Shown here: positions 13,027 to 23,159 of the stretch, in pieces | Position numbering within the stretch: the first letter of the stretch is position 1 | How the letters are laid out: each line of letters starts with the position of its first letter | NCBI RefSeq assembly: GCF_001194135.2 | Contig: NC_068986.1 | Location: 56,556,736-56,592,215, forward strand | Reading direction: 5' to 3' | Source of the DNA: Octopus bimaculoides | Taxonomy: Eukaryota | DNA: 35,480 bases | The notes under the pieces: generated by a model | What the model saw: only the letters and a program-made list of their open reading frames with translations | The model's database searches: none | What the model was told of the DNA's origin: nothing | Program-made: the position numbers and the translations under genes

Positions 13027-13403
13027 TTCTATTACTTGTTTCAGAATGCGGCCATGCTGGAGCACCACCTTTAGTTGAATAAATCGATCCCGAATTTATT
13101 CTTTGTAAGCCTAGTACTTATTCTATTGGGATCTTTTGCCGAAGCTCTAAGTTACAGGGCCGTAAACACCAACATCGGTTGTCAACGGATCGTGGTGGAA
13201 AAACACAGATACACACATATATATATATACATATATATATATATGCGACGTGCTTCTTTCAGTCACAATGCTTCTTTCACTCAGAATGCTTTGATTCGGC
13301 TCGAGGCACTAGTAGAAGACACTTGCTCAAGGTGCTACGCAATGAGACTGAACCCAAATGTGGTTGGGAAGTAAGCTTCTTACCATTCAGCCACTATTGT
13401 ACC
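13027..13403 (-). mobile_element. Near full-length tRNA-derived SINE
   Basis: Reverse complement aligns end to end with 16879-17298: tRNA-like head at about 13340-13403, central TA/CA repeat, tail acttgtttca..gcggccatgctggagcacc. Confidence 0.93.
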
Positions 13404-13819
13404 TATATATATATATATATTCAAAATTTGCTTTTAAATTATAATAAAAACATATATATTATACACATACACACAGGCACACACATAAATATACAAATGT
13501 ACACACACACACACACGCACACACGCACACGCACACACACACACACACGCACACGCACACGCACGCACACACACACACACATATATATTAGATAACGAAA
13601 CGAAAGTCCTTGATACACTATTACATATCTCAAAAACGAATGCGAATGGCTTTTCTGATCATATTTCCACTTAGATTATTATAAATAATTTAGTGTTTCT
13701 AATCATTGAAGTAATAAAAATCATCAGAAAACCAGTCTTTTTCTTGCGTGTGTGTATGTGTGTTTGTGTGTGTGTGAGTGTGTGTTTGTTTGTGTGTACA
13801 TGAATACCGTTTCACCCAT

Positions 13820-14012
13820 CGTTTACTCTTTATTTGTTTTAGCCATAGGACTGCGGGCAAGTGGGGGGACCGCTCTAAAGAGTTTCGGGGTTTTAAAATA
13901 TATACGGAGTATATATTTTAAAACCCGGTTTTTATCATGTCGGTCAGTTGTGCTGAACCTCTAGCTTATAAAGGCGTAAGTAAACCAACTTCGGTTGTCA
14001 AGGTGACAAATA
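13820..14012 (-). mobile_element. Diverged SINE 3' half
   Basis: ctctttatttgttttagccataggactgcggg...gctgaacctctagcttat...gtaagtaaaccaacttcggttgtcaag follows the family block order. Confidence 0.7.
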
Positions 14013-14812
14013 CAAAGGCACACACACACACACACACACACACACNNNNNNNNNNNNNNNNNNNNNNNNNNNNNNNNNNNNNNNNNNNNNNNNNNNNNNN
14101 NNNNNNNNNNNNNNNNNNNNNNNNNNNNNNNNNNNNNNNNNNNNNNNNNNNNNNNNNNNNNNNNNNNNNNNNNNNNNNNNNNNNNNNNNNNNNNNNNNNN
14201 NNNNNNNNNNNNNNNNNNNNNNNNNNNNNNNNNNNNNNNNNNNNNNNNNNNNNNNNNNNNNNNNNNNNNNNNNNNNNNNNNNNNNNNNNNNNNNNNNNNN
14301 NNNNNNNNNNNNNNNNNNNNNNNNNNNNNNNNNNNNNNNNNNNNNNNNNNNNNNNNNNNNNNNNNNNNNNNNNNNNNNNNNNNNNNNNNNNNNNNNNNNN
14401 NNNNNNNNNNNNNNNNNNNNNNNNNNNNNNNNNNNNNNNNNNNNNNNNNNNNNNNNNNNNNNNNNNNNNNNNNNNNNNNNNNNNNNNNNNNNNNNNNNNN
14501 NNNNNNNNNNNNNNNNNNNNNNNNNNNNNNNNNNNNNNNNNNNNNNNNNNNNNNNNNNNNNNNNNNNNNNNNNNNNNNNNNNNNNNNNNNNNNNNNNNNN
14601 NNNNNNNNNNNNNNNNNNNNNNNNNNNNNNNNNNNNNNNNNNNNNNNNNNNNNNNNNNNNNNNNNNNNNNNNNNNNNNNNNNNNNNNNNNNNNNNNNNNN
14701 NNNNNNNNNNNNNNNNNNNNNNNNNNNNNNNNNNNNNNNNNNNNNNNNNNNNNNNNNNNNNNNNNNNNNNNNNNNNNNNNNNNNNNNATATATATATATA
14801 TATACATATATA

Positions 14813-15333
14813 TAGGGAGAATTCACGAAAAAACAACAGACGAAGACAGGTGGTGTAGACAACAAATGGATATATTAGTATAACGCTCGGGAATAGAGAA
14901 AGTCTTTAACGTTTCGAGCTCTTCAACAGAAAGGAAAACATAAAGAAACAATGAGAGAAACAAGGAGAGAAAAAAATGTGTGTAGTGGTCAGCAATCAAT
15001 CATGGCGAATGCCGGACAGAAGGGTCACACAGGGGAGTTAAGAAGAACGGGAGATTACAAAGTAGTAGTGATCCCAAAACGAAGGTGCGTGTGTGTGAGA
15101 GAATGCTGGTGATCTTAACGCATGCATGTGTGTATGTAGGTGTGAAGGTGTGAACATGTGGGGATGGTAATTGGTCAGTGCTGGTGTGTTCGTGGTGGTA
15201 TGTTGTGATGTGATGTGTTGTGTGATATGGTGTAGCGTGGTGTGATGTGATGGCGTTGGGAGATGGGGGAGGCGAGAGTAGGGAGAGTAGGGAGAGCATG
15301 GGTGGGGTGTGGGTAAGGCTGATGGTGGAGGTA
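14813..15333 (-). mobile_element. Penelope-like (PLE) 3' UTR/pLTR fragment ending at (TA)n
   Basis: On the minus strand: CACAT/CACAC-rich tract, pyrimidine tract, hammerhead-like CTGTTGA-A-GAGCTC-GAAACGTT, then about 95 nt to a (TA)n run. Assignment rests on the known PLE pLTR/hammerhead architecture; no ORF. Confidence 0.6.
14900..14935 (-). ncRNA. Degenerate minimal type-I hammerhead ribozyme motif
   Basis: CUGUUGA (14929-14923), A, GAGCUC (collapsed stem II), GAAAC-GU-U with a palindromic ACGU stem III. Has an A6U deviation. Confidence 0.4.
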
Positions 15334-15400
15334 NNNNNNNNNNATATATATATATATATATATATTATAAATTATTAATACAGAAGGCAGTATACTGGAA

Positions 15401-15525
15401 GCTTTGTTTAGGACAACGATCGTTTCGGCTTACACCCGTACTGCACCCTAGTTGGTAGGGATCGATGTAATGGAATCGAATGCACTCCATAGTTTAGAAG
15501 AAACCTCCTCTGGTCACATAAAGCG
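15401..15525 (-). ncRNA. Type-I hammerhead ribozyme-like motif, left arm (U4A variant)
   Basis: GCUUUAUGUGAC-CAGAGGA-GGUUU...AAGCC-GAAAC-GAUC-GUU-GUCCUAAACAAAGC. Stem I GAC/GUC plus GCUUU/AAAGC; stem II GGUUU/AAGCC; GUU cleavage triplet. Confidence 0.6.
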
Positions 15526-15577
15526 GTTCAGTGTTATAGGGTGTACATTTCGCAACATCATCTTATAACACTCAACC

Positions 15578-15702
15578 GCTTTATGTGGCCTGAGGATGTT
15601 TCTTCTGCACTATGGGATGCATTCGATTCCATTACATCGTTCCCTACTCACTAGGGTGGCAGTGCAGAAGTAAGCCGAAACGATCGCTTTCCTAAATATA
15701 GC
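15578..15702 (+). ncRNA. Type-I hammerhead ribozyme-like motif, right arm (10.1 and U16.1 variants)
   Basis: CUGAGGA at 15590-15596, perfect 10-bp stem II extension CUUCUGCACU/AGUGCAGAAG, GAAA at 15677-15680, then C-GAUC-GCU. Confidence 0.6.
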
Positions 15703-16134
15703 TTCCAGTGCATCCTGTCTTCTGTTTTAATCATTTATAATACACTTAACGTGCACCGAGGAATTCCCTACGTACAACCAGCAACAGAAGTGCACTACCC
15801 CGGATGACACCTGGTAGCCGCAAGCGGTGAACGTGATCTGCAGGCACATTACAAAGAGACATTCCTCTAACAAGACTTTAATTTTAAATACAACTTTTAC
15901 ATATATATATATATATATATATATANNNNNNNNNNNNNNNNNNNNNNNNNNNNNNNNNNNNNNNNNNNNNNNNNNNNNNNNNNNNNNNNNNNNNNNNNNN
16001 NNNNNNNNNNNNNNNNNNNNNNNNNNNNNNNNNNNNNNNNNNNNNNNNNNNNNNNNNNNNNNNNNNNNNNNNNNNNNNNNNNNNNNNTGTGTGTGTGTGT
16101 GTGTGTCTGCGTGTGTGAGTATGTATAAATATAT

Positions 16135-16686
16135 TTGTTTTTTTAGTCAATGAAGTATGACTATGCTTGGGCACCACCAAGAAGTGTTTACTTGAATATA
16201 TCGACCCAGTACTTATTGGAAGTCTGGTACTTATTCTCTTGTTGCCAAAAAGTTAAGCTACCATGTCCTAAACAAACCAACACTGGTTTTTCATGGAGTC
16301 TGAACACAAGCATAAGCACATGCACGCACTCACAAGTATCTATAAACACACAAACACACACACACACATTCACACACACACACGTACACATATACATATA
16401 TAGAGAGATGAACAGATATAGATACACACACACATATGCGTACATGTATAGATAAATAAATCGATAGATATAAACACACACACGGACACACATTCACACA
16501 CGGTCACACACACACGCACACGCATCACACACGCACACACACACACACACAAATACGACAAGGTTCCACAGTGTTTTCGTTTAACGAATTCACTCATAAG
16601 GCACTGATCGACTCGTAGTTAAACTGACCTTGGAACCATATGTTTGAGAACCAAAATTCATAACCGGACGGCCATGTCTGCGCATA
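16135..16686 (-). mobile_element. Diverged SINE with expanded internal CA repeat and an internal deletion
   Basis: Tail at 16135-16320, atacgac..cactcataaggc block at about 16553-16612, head aaactgaccttggaaccatatgtttg..ggccatgtctgcgc at about 16620-16684. Confidence 0.75.
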
Positions 16687-16878
16687 CGTTGGAAATTTCA
16701 TTTAAAAATAGCTATCTTATTATAAACCAACAGAATGAATAATTTCAAAATCCCACGATTACTTCCTTCTTATGTAGTAACAAGATGTCATCACAATTCT
16801 CTGTTTTGGAAGTGGGGAATCCTTTTTACTGCTTTTTTTTCCTTTTCATATTTCTTTTATTTATATTTTTTACATATA

Positions 16879-17298
16879 GGCGCAGGAGTGGTTGTGCAGT
16901 AAAAATTTGCTTATCAACCATATGGTTCTAAGTACAGTCCCACTACATGGCACCTTAGGCTAGTGTCTGCTACTATAGCCACGGGCCGATCAAAGGCTTA
17001 TGAGTTGATCTGGTAGTCAGAAACTGAATGAAGCCTGTCGTATATATCTATGAGTGTGTGCGTGTATCTATGTGTGTTTGTATTTGTGTCAGTGTTTGTC
17101 CTCTACCATTGCTTCACAACCGGTGTTGGTGCGTTTATGTTCCCGTAACACAGCAGATCGACAAAAGAGACCGAAGTAATAAGTACCAGGCTTAAAAAGA
17201 AAAATATGTACTGGGGTCGATTCATTCGACTAAAAATCTTTCATGGTGGTGCCCCAGCATGGCCGCACTCTAATGACTGAAACAAGCAAAAGATAAAG
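16879..17298 (+). mobile_element. Full-length tRNA-derived SINE (octopus OK/OR-like family)
   Basis: Head GGCGCAGGAGTGGTTGTGCAGTAA...GGTTCTAAGTACAGTCCCAC with degenerate Pol III A/B boxes, central TG-rich repeat, tail ATGACTGAAACAAGCAAAAGATAAAG. About 10 related copies in this window. The family name is from memory of octopus SINEs, not a search. Confidence 0.92.
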
Positions 17299-17809
17299 TA
17301 TGAAACCTGTGTGATTTGGTGTTAGCAAATGTAGGAACGTACATAGCGTTCGATAATCATGAACGAAGTTCTTCTTGATGCTATTATTGCTGTTGCTGCT
17401 GCTGCTGTGGTAGTTGCTCTTGCTCACCCCACTCAGCCCTGATCAAGCAGACCTTATAGGGGCTTTCCTTTTTTTTTTTTTTGGTATACTGTTTTCAGGT
17501 TTTCTTTTTAAGCAGTCAAAGCTTTCAAAGCCCACACAACATGCAGTGATATGTTGTGAGGGAGATTTGGCAGCTATTTCTGTCAGGTTGAGTGAGTACA
17601 TAGAGTTTTCTTTGTTGGTACGTTGAAGAGGTAAATTACATGAAGTGGATCCAACTGTAAAACGAAACCGTATACGTATACTTTATTTGTCACTCGTTTA
17701 ACCCTGGCTGCTGCAGTGTTCAGTTGACTAGATTAAGCTACTACGAGCAGAACCTGTGCTAAGTCCACGTTTTATAAATGTTTTTATTTTCATGCATAAA
17801 TTTATAGAT

Positions 17810-18780
17810 CTGCATAACGAGTTTTATTATGGTAAAGATTTTGATTATGTCTTCAATTTCCTCCCACAGTTTGCGGTGGTTGAAAGGATAACATTTCACA
17901 GTTATGGCTGCTGAAAGCAGAACACCTCATTTTGTATATGTTAAAAAATTCGATTGTATCTTCAAGTTCGTTAATTTGTAAAGCTTGCTGAAAGCCTGAC
18001 CTACGAACATGCCTCAATATGTTGAAAATTTAGATTGTATTCTTGATTTCCTTCCATAGTTAAGGTTGTTTAAAGCGTAACACTCAAACTTGTTTCATTA
18101 AGTTGTAAATTTTCATAGTTTGCAGTAATAGAAAGCGTAACGCTCGAACTTTGTGTCATTATTTTGAAGATTTCAACTATATCTTTGATTTTCTTCCATT
18201 GATAAGGCTGTTTGAATTATTATATTTTGTAGATAAGGCTGCTGAAAGCGTAACACTTCATTTTGTTGAGTATGTTAAAAGTTTCGAAGTTCACTCCGAT
18301 CTCGCTGCGTGGTACCTTAGGCAAGTGTCTTCTATTATAGCACCAGGCCGACCAATGCCCTTTGAATGAATCTGGTAAAAGCCCATCGTATATGTGTGTG
18401 TGTGTGTGTGTGTACATGCGTAAGAATGTATATATTATCTTATGTTTTTATCATGTGTTCGAGTTTGTTTCACCACCAACACCAACTAGTGTTGATTTGT
18501 TTACGTCACCGTAATTAACTTCAGCAAAAGAGACGAGAGAATTAATAAGTGTTGGGGTTAATTTGTTCGACTAACCTTGCAAGACAGTACTCCACCATGG
18601 CCTCACTTAAATGACTGAAAAAAGTAAACAAGTAAAAGAGCTACGTCTCTGAGTTCTTTCTGTAGCTATGCTTGTTAAAAGCGTCAAACTCGAACACGCT
18701 TCATTACATTAAAAATTTAGATTGTATCGTGGATTTCGTCCTGAAGTTAAGTCTGTTGAAAGCGTAATGCTCAAACATAT
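17810..18780. repeat. Degenerate ~80-bp tandem array, interrupted by a SINE
   Basis: Core TGAAAGCGTAACACTC-like motif at 17881, 17912, 17989, 18071, 18130, 18243, 18676 and 18757. Longer units also share TATGTT..AAATTTAGATTGTATC..GATTTCCT. Confidence 0.85.
18288..18640 (+). mobile_element. 5'-truncated SINE inserted into the tandem array
   Basis: ctgcgtggtaccttaggcaagtgtcttctattatagc...cagcaaaagagac...catggcctcacttaaatgactgaaa..agtaaaagag follows the family order. Confidence 0.9.
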
Positions 18781-19372
18781 ACTGTGGCAAGCAGACTAAT
18801 ATTAAACATTCTTAAGAATATGATGTAATGATCAATTGTAGACTGGAAATTGTAAAATAGATAAATATTTAGAATTATGTGTAACTTATGCTAATTGTAT
18901 TTCCTTATTATGCAGATGAGAGCGTAGATTTCCCACGCTCTGGTGGTGATTTTGTCCATCATATATAGTATTTTTCACTGTACAATGTAACCATTGCTGT
19001 ATCGCATCTAGCATTGTAATTCAGTGAAACGTCAGTCCGCTCCCCACCACCCGATTTTTGAGATTTCCTCGCTTTGCATAAACAAGACAATCGAGCGAAC
19101 TAGAAAGCAACGACTGGTGTCCTAGAAATCATATTCAAATCTCCATCAAATCAAAACCTGTCGTCTTAGAAAATGAGATGCTCGTTAATGTGCAACTCAG
19201 TTCACTGCACATAGAAAAAGGGGTATGACGGTCACAGCTGGATTACCTGAGATTATTGGGATGACCGATCAGAAGAACATGTCAGCCAATGAGCTCAACT
19301 TGCTAGAAATAATAGTCAAGTACCACTTAAATTCAACCACACCCCCACACCCCCACTCACACACACGTATAT

Positions 19373-19414
<42 letters not shown>

Positions 19415-20205
19415 TGTATATTGTACATACATATATGTAAAAGCCTATCCTGTGTCCTATCTAAAGTATATACACCATTGACAGGTATGATGCTGCAGCA
19501 TTTTATCTCTTCATAGACGTATTGCGTTAAAACACTATATATCGGAACAAGACAACGATCGTCCCAGCAGCAGCTCACAAGAACACTAGGTGTGTTTCGC
19601 CCTTCTTGGAGGCTTGCAAATGAAGTTCACTTTGTAGACACATAACTAGAGAAAATTTGTCACCTTTGATATACAGCGTGCAGTGAATAATACATACACT
19701 TGCATTGTGGAAAGCTTGCCAAGCTAAGATAAACTCCTTGTGTCCAATTGATACAGAACTAAATTATAAACATCATAAGGATATTATATTTAACTTATAT
19801 AGACTATTAACAGTAGAGATAGGGTTGCTTTTGTCTAAGTGAAAATCTCTTTATAGACATATTGTAAAATCTCAATATTTTTTGGGAGGGAGTTGAGCAT
19901 CATCCAAGCAGCAACTCAAGTGAACTCCAGAAGCCTTTCACTCTTCTTGGGTCTTTTCAATGGCATATTAAAACGCGTCTGTCACTTCCGTAGATCGTTG
20001 ATGTAAATATGTTCGACTTGCTCCAATTTATATTGTGCTTCTAACACAAAAACCACAGCATCGTGCTTCTCAATAGTGTGTGTACGTTAAGTAGGAAGAA
20101 TACAAAAACAACATTTTGACTTATCCAGACCATACAGCCATACAGAGTTTAAATGTAGTTATAAAAATATGTCCTTCTGTTGAAATGTAATTTCAGTAAA
20201 TTTCT

Positions 20206-20316
20206 ATATCTTTGTGCAGCTGAGGATTGCTCTGCAGTTTACATTTGATGTAATGTTCACATTGCTTAAATAAATGGAGTCGCATGAAACGATCGTACTG
20301 CATTAACTTTGGATAT
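20206..20316 (+). ncRNA. Type-I hammerhead ribozyme with long stem II
   Basis: Stem I GUGCAG (20214-19)/CUGCAU (20298-303) plus AUAUC/GAUAU. Core CUGAGGA (20220-26). Stem II UUGC...GCAU (U.U at 10.1-11.1). GAAA (20286-89). Stem III AC-GAUC-GU. Predicted cleavage after GUA at 20297. Confidence 0.75.
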
Positions 20317-20333
20317 CCTTGTTGCTTATTTTG

Positions 20334-20377
<44 letters not shown>

Positions 20378-21669
20378 TGTATATATATATATAGATGTGT
20401 GTATGTGTGTGTACAGGTTAGCAGAGTTAGCAGTTGGAATAACCGTCTAAGGGATAAGAATATCCGTTTTACTACCAGTAAAACTTACCTATGTTAACCC
20501 TGGGCATACATATGCAAGCATATTATGCCTATAGCATACAGGCAATAACAAAGATAAACAAGAGTTTATCAGGAATCAAATTCAAATTAAGCAGAAAATG
20601 GAGAAATCTTGATCAACAACAATTGACTACCATCGGTTATTATTTTTTAATACAAAACTTTTTATCATCTCACAGCCGTTTCTGCTTCCCATGTCCTCCA
20701 AAGAAAATTCTGAGAATAAAATTCGTCATATTTCGTAACATATCCGAATGGAACATGGAGCTTCATCAGAGTGAAGAACAATACATGAAATAAGAGAAAA
20801 GAAAGGAAGAAGAGCCTTGAGAGGAGGAATGAAGGCTTAATATATTTGAATCATACCATTTTGTAGTGTAAGGGCTTCAAGCCGTTGAGTAAACGACTAA
20901 ACTGGAAATATTAATTGGTTAATCTGTCTTTAGTGGTAACAGGTGTATAAAGAATAAAAAAAGTAAAATAATTACTTTAGCATAGCGAGATACGCCAATA
21001 GGTCTAGAAAAAGATGGAGTGATAGTGCCATAACGTTCAGAAGTAATCATAATAGTTCTCAAGAATTATGTTATTTGTACTAATTAATATTTATCCAAAT
21101 AATACGCCTATAAAATAATTACATTTACTTACTTTAATATTGTAAAGACCAACCACCTATTGTCCGTAATGGGATTGACCGAGGTCCAGCTTTCAATATA
21201 ATTGGTCAGTTAAATTTAAAAACAAAGGGCAAGCTATTAAGACCGTTATACAGGTAGATGTAATTTAAAAAAATAAATAAAAAGTAAAAGTATGGAGAAG
21301 TAACATATGTTATAAGTGGCCCAAGGCCGCTTAGGACATTATAAATAAAACTACTAAACATGTAAACAAGCACCACGCGAAGAAAGGAACTACAATTAAG
21401 AGGAGACTACCGTTAAAGGGGGGTAACGGCTAAGGCATTGACCTTTAATTATAGAATTAAAAGTCTATCTTCTTAAATAACAACCACAGTGCCCAAGTGG
21501 TGGTCTTAGTAGTCAAACAGTAATTGTCTAAACATTCCTAAATACATTCAGCCTAGTGGTCCTATGAGAAGGTATAAGTACAAATTTCCAAATTAATTAA
21601 ATGATTACTATAGTTACAGATATAGGGTCCTACTACAGTTTGCTCAATCACACTTAATGTATATTATCC

Positions 21670-21695
21670 TTATTATTATTATTATTATTATTATT
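21670..21695. repeat. (TTA)n run at the 3' end of the Dong-like LINE
   Basis: Direct reading; a matching (ATT)n run lies at 23161-23198. Confidence 0.95.
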
Positions 21696-23159
21696 CAGTA
21701 GTTTTATTTTTATAACGTGCTTTCACTTCACTACCGAGCGCAGCTCTGTGCGCCTTGGGTATGTGCTGTGGTTTGCTGTGGTGCTCTCATGTTTACTGTA
21801 TTGAAAGTGTTTTGCGTAGAATGTGTGCAGTACCCAGTAGTGCAATTTTCTGTATGTTATATATATTTGTAAGTCCTGGTGTTTTTGTTATGTATTTGTC
21901 TGAATATTTTTTTTTTATACCTAAGGCACCTACAATGATAGGAATTGTTTCTGTTTTTAGATTCCACATTCGAGTTATCTCTATTTCCAGGTCTTTGTAT
22001 TTTGAAAGTTTTTCCATTTCTTTTNNNNNNNNNNNNNNNNNNNNNNNNNNNNNNNNNNNNNNNNNNNNNNNNNNNNNNNNNNNNNNNNNNNNNNNNNNNN
22101 NNNNNNNNNNNNNNNNNNNNNNNNNNNNNNNNNNNNNNNNNNNNNNNNNNNNNNNNNNNNNNNNNNNNNNNNNNNNNNNNNNNNNNNNNNNNNNNNNNNN
22201 NNNNNNNNNNNNNNNNNNNNNNNNNNNNNNNNNNNNNNNNNNNNNNNNNNNNNNNNNNNNNNNNNNNNNNNNNNNNNNNNNNNNNNNNNNNNNNNNNNNN
22301 NNNNNNNNNNNNNNNNNNNNNNNNNNNNNNNNNNNNNNNNNNNNNNNNNNNNNNNNNNNNNNNNNNNNNNNNNNNNNNNNNNNNNNNNNNNNNNNNNNNN
22401 NNNNNNNNNNNNNNNNNNNNNNNNNNNNNNNNNNNNNNNNNNNNNNNNNNNNNNNNNNNNNNNNNNNNNNNNNNNNNNNNNNNNNNNNNNNNNNNNNNNN
22501 NNNNNNNNNNNNNNNNNNNNNNNNNNNNNNNNNNNNNNNNNNNNNNNNNNNNNNNNNNNNNNNNNNNNNNNNNNNNNNNNNNNNNNNNNNNNNNNNNNNN
22601 NNNNNNNNNNNNNNNNNNNNNNNNNNNNNNNNNNNNNNNNNNNNNNNNNNNNNNNNNNNNNNNNNNNNNNNNNNNNNNNNNNNNNNNNNNNNNNNNNNNN
22701 NNNNNNNNNNNNNNNNNNNNNNNNNNNNNNNNNNNNNNNNNNNNNNNNNNNNNNNNNNNNNNNNNNNNNNNNNNNNNNNNNNNNNNNNNNNNNNNNNNNN
22801 NNNNNNNNNNNNNNNNNNNNNNNNNNNNNNNNNNNNNNNNNNNNNNNNNNNNNNNNNNNNNNNNNNNNNNNNNNNGAGTAGGTATTTTTGCAGTCCTATG
22901 GTGGTTATTTTATAATAGTTTTCTAGCTGTATAAGACCCCTGCCACCTTCTGTGCGTTGTATATATAGCCTTTCTATGTCAGATTTTGGGTGGTGCATCC
23001 TATATCCTGTCATTATTTTTCTTGCTTTCCTGTCTATTTTACATAGTTCGTTTAGTGTCAAGTTAAGGATGTTGTAGCTGTAGCTTATAACTGGGACAGC
23101 TAAAGTGTTGATACCCATTATCTTGTTCTTAGCATTGAGCTCTGTTTTTAGTATTGATC

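Larger units (their letters stand above)
15364..15741. repeat. 378-bp fold-back: about 180-bp inverted arms (15364-15542 and 15559-15741), 16-nt loop
   Basis: Manual alignment of the left arm to the reverse complement of the right arm gives about 25 substitutions and 3 indel nt (roughly 85% identity). The left end abuts (TA)n. Confidence 0.95.

Noticed and set aside
13075-13374. 99-aa ORF with a signal-peptide-like N-terminus
   Set aside because: It lies entirely within the antisense strand of a SINE and crosses its microsatellite.
16879-16950. tRNA-like sequence
   Set aside because: It is the SINE head; the boxes are degenerate, I could not fold a cloverleaf, and it continues into the SINE body.
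17810-18780. CRISPR-like repeat/spacer appearance (TGAAAG core)
   Set aside because: The intervening sequences are homologous to each other and vary from 31 to 113 bp in spacing, there are no cas genes, and the context is eukaryotic.
18973-19029. Hairpin TTTCACTG-TACAATG...CATTGTA-ATT-CAGTGAAA with slight resemblance to miR-33
   Set aside because: Only 15 bp with a 3-nt bulge and a large loop; the similarity is partial and on the wrong arm.
19247-19302. Minus-strand 56-nt segment with good-looking acceptor and GTAATC donor
   Set aside because: Stops in all three frames and no partner exons; cannot be supported without RNA data.
19517-19590. Plus-strand acceptor followed by RIALKHYISEQDNDRPSSSSQEH*
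   Set aside because: No recognisable homology and no linked exons; such acceptor-like tracts are common in AT-rich DNA.
19551-19620. GACAACGATCGT match to the fold-back arm, and minus-strand GGC-GAAAC-ACACCTAGTGT-T
   Set aside because: No CUGANGA in the right position and no stem I.
20676-20793. Plus-strand acceptor followed by RFCFPCPPKKILRIKF...
   Set aside because: No recognisable homology or consistent gene model.
21165-21212. Minus-strand CTGACCA-ATTATATT-GAAA-GCTGGACCTCGGTC hammerhead-like string
   Set aside because: G8 is missing, stem III cannot form properly and there is no stem I. At most a decayed remnant.
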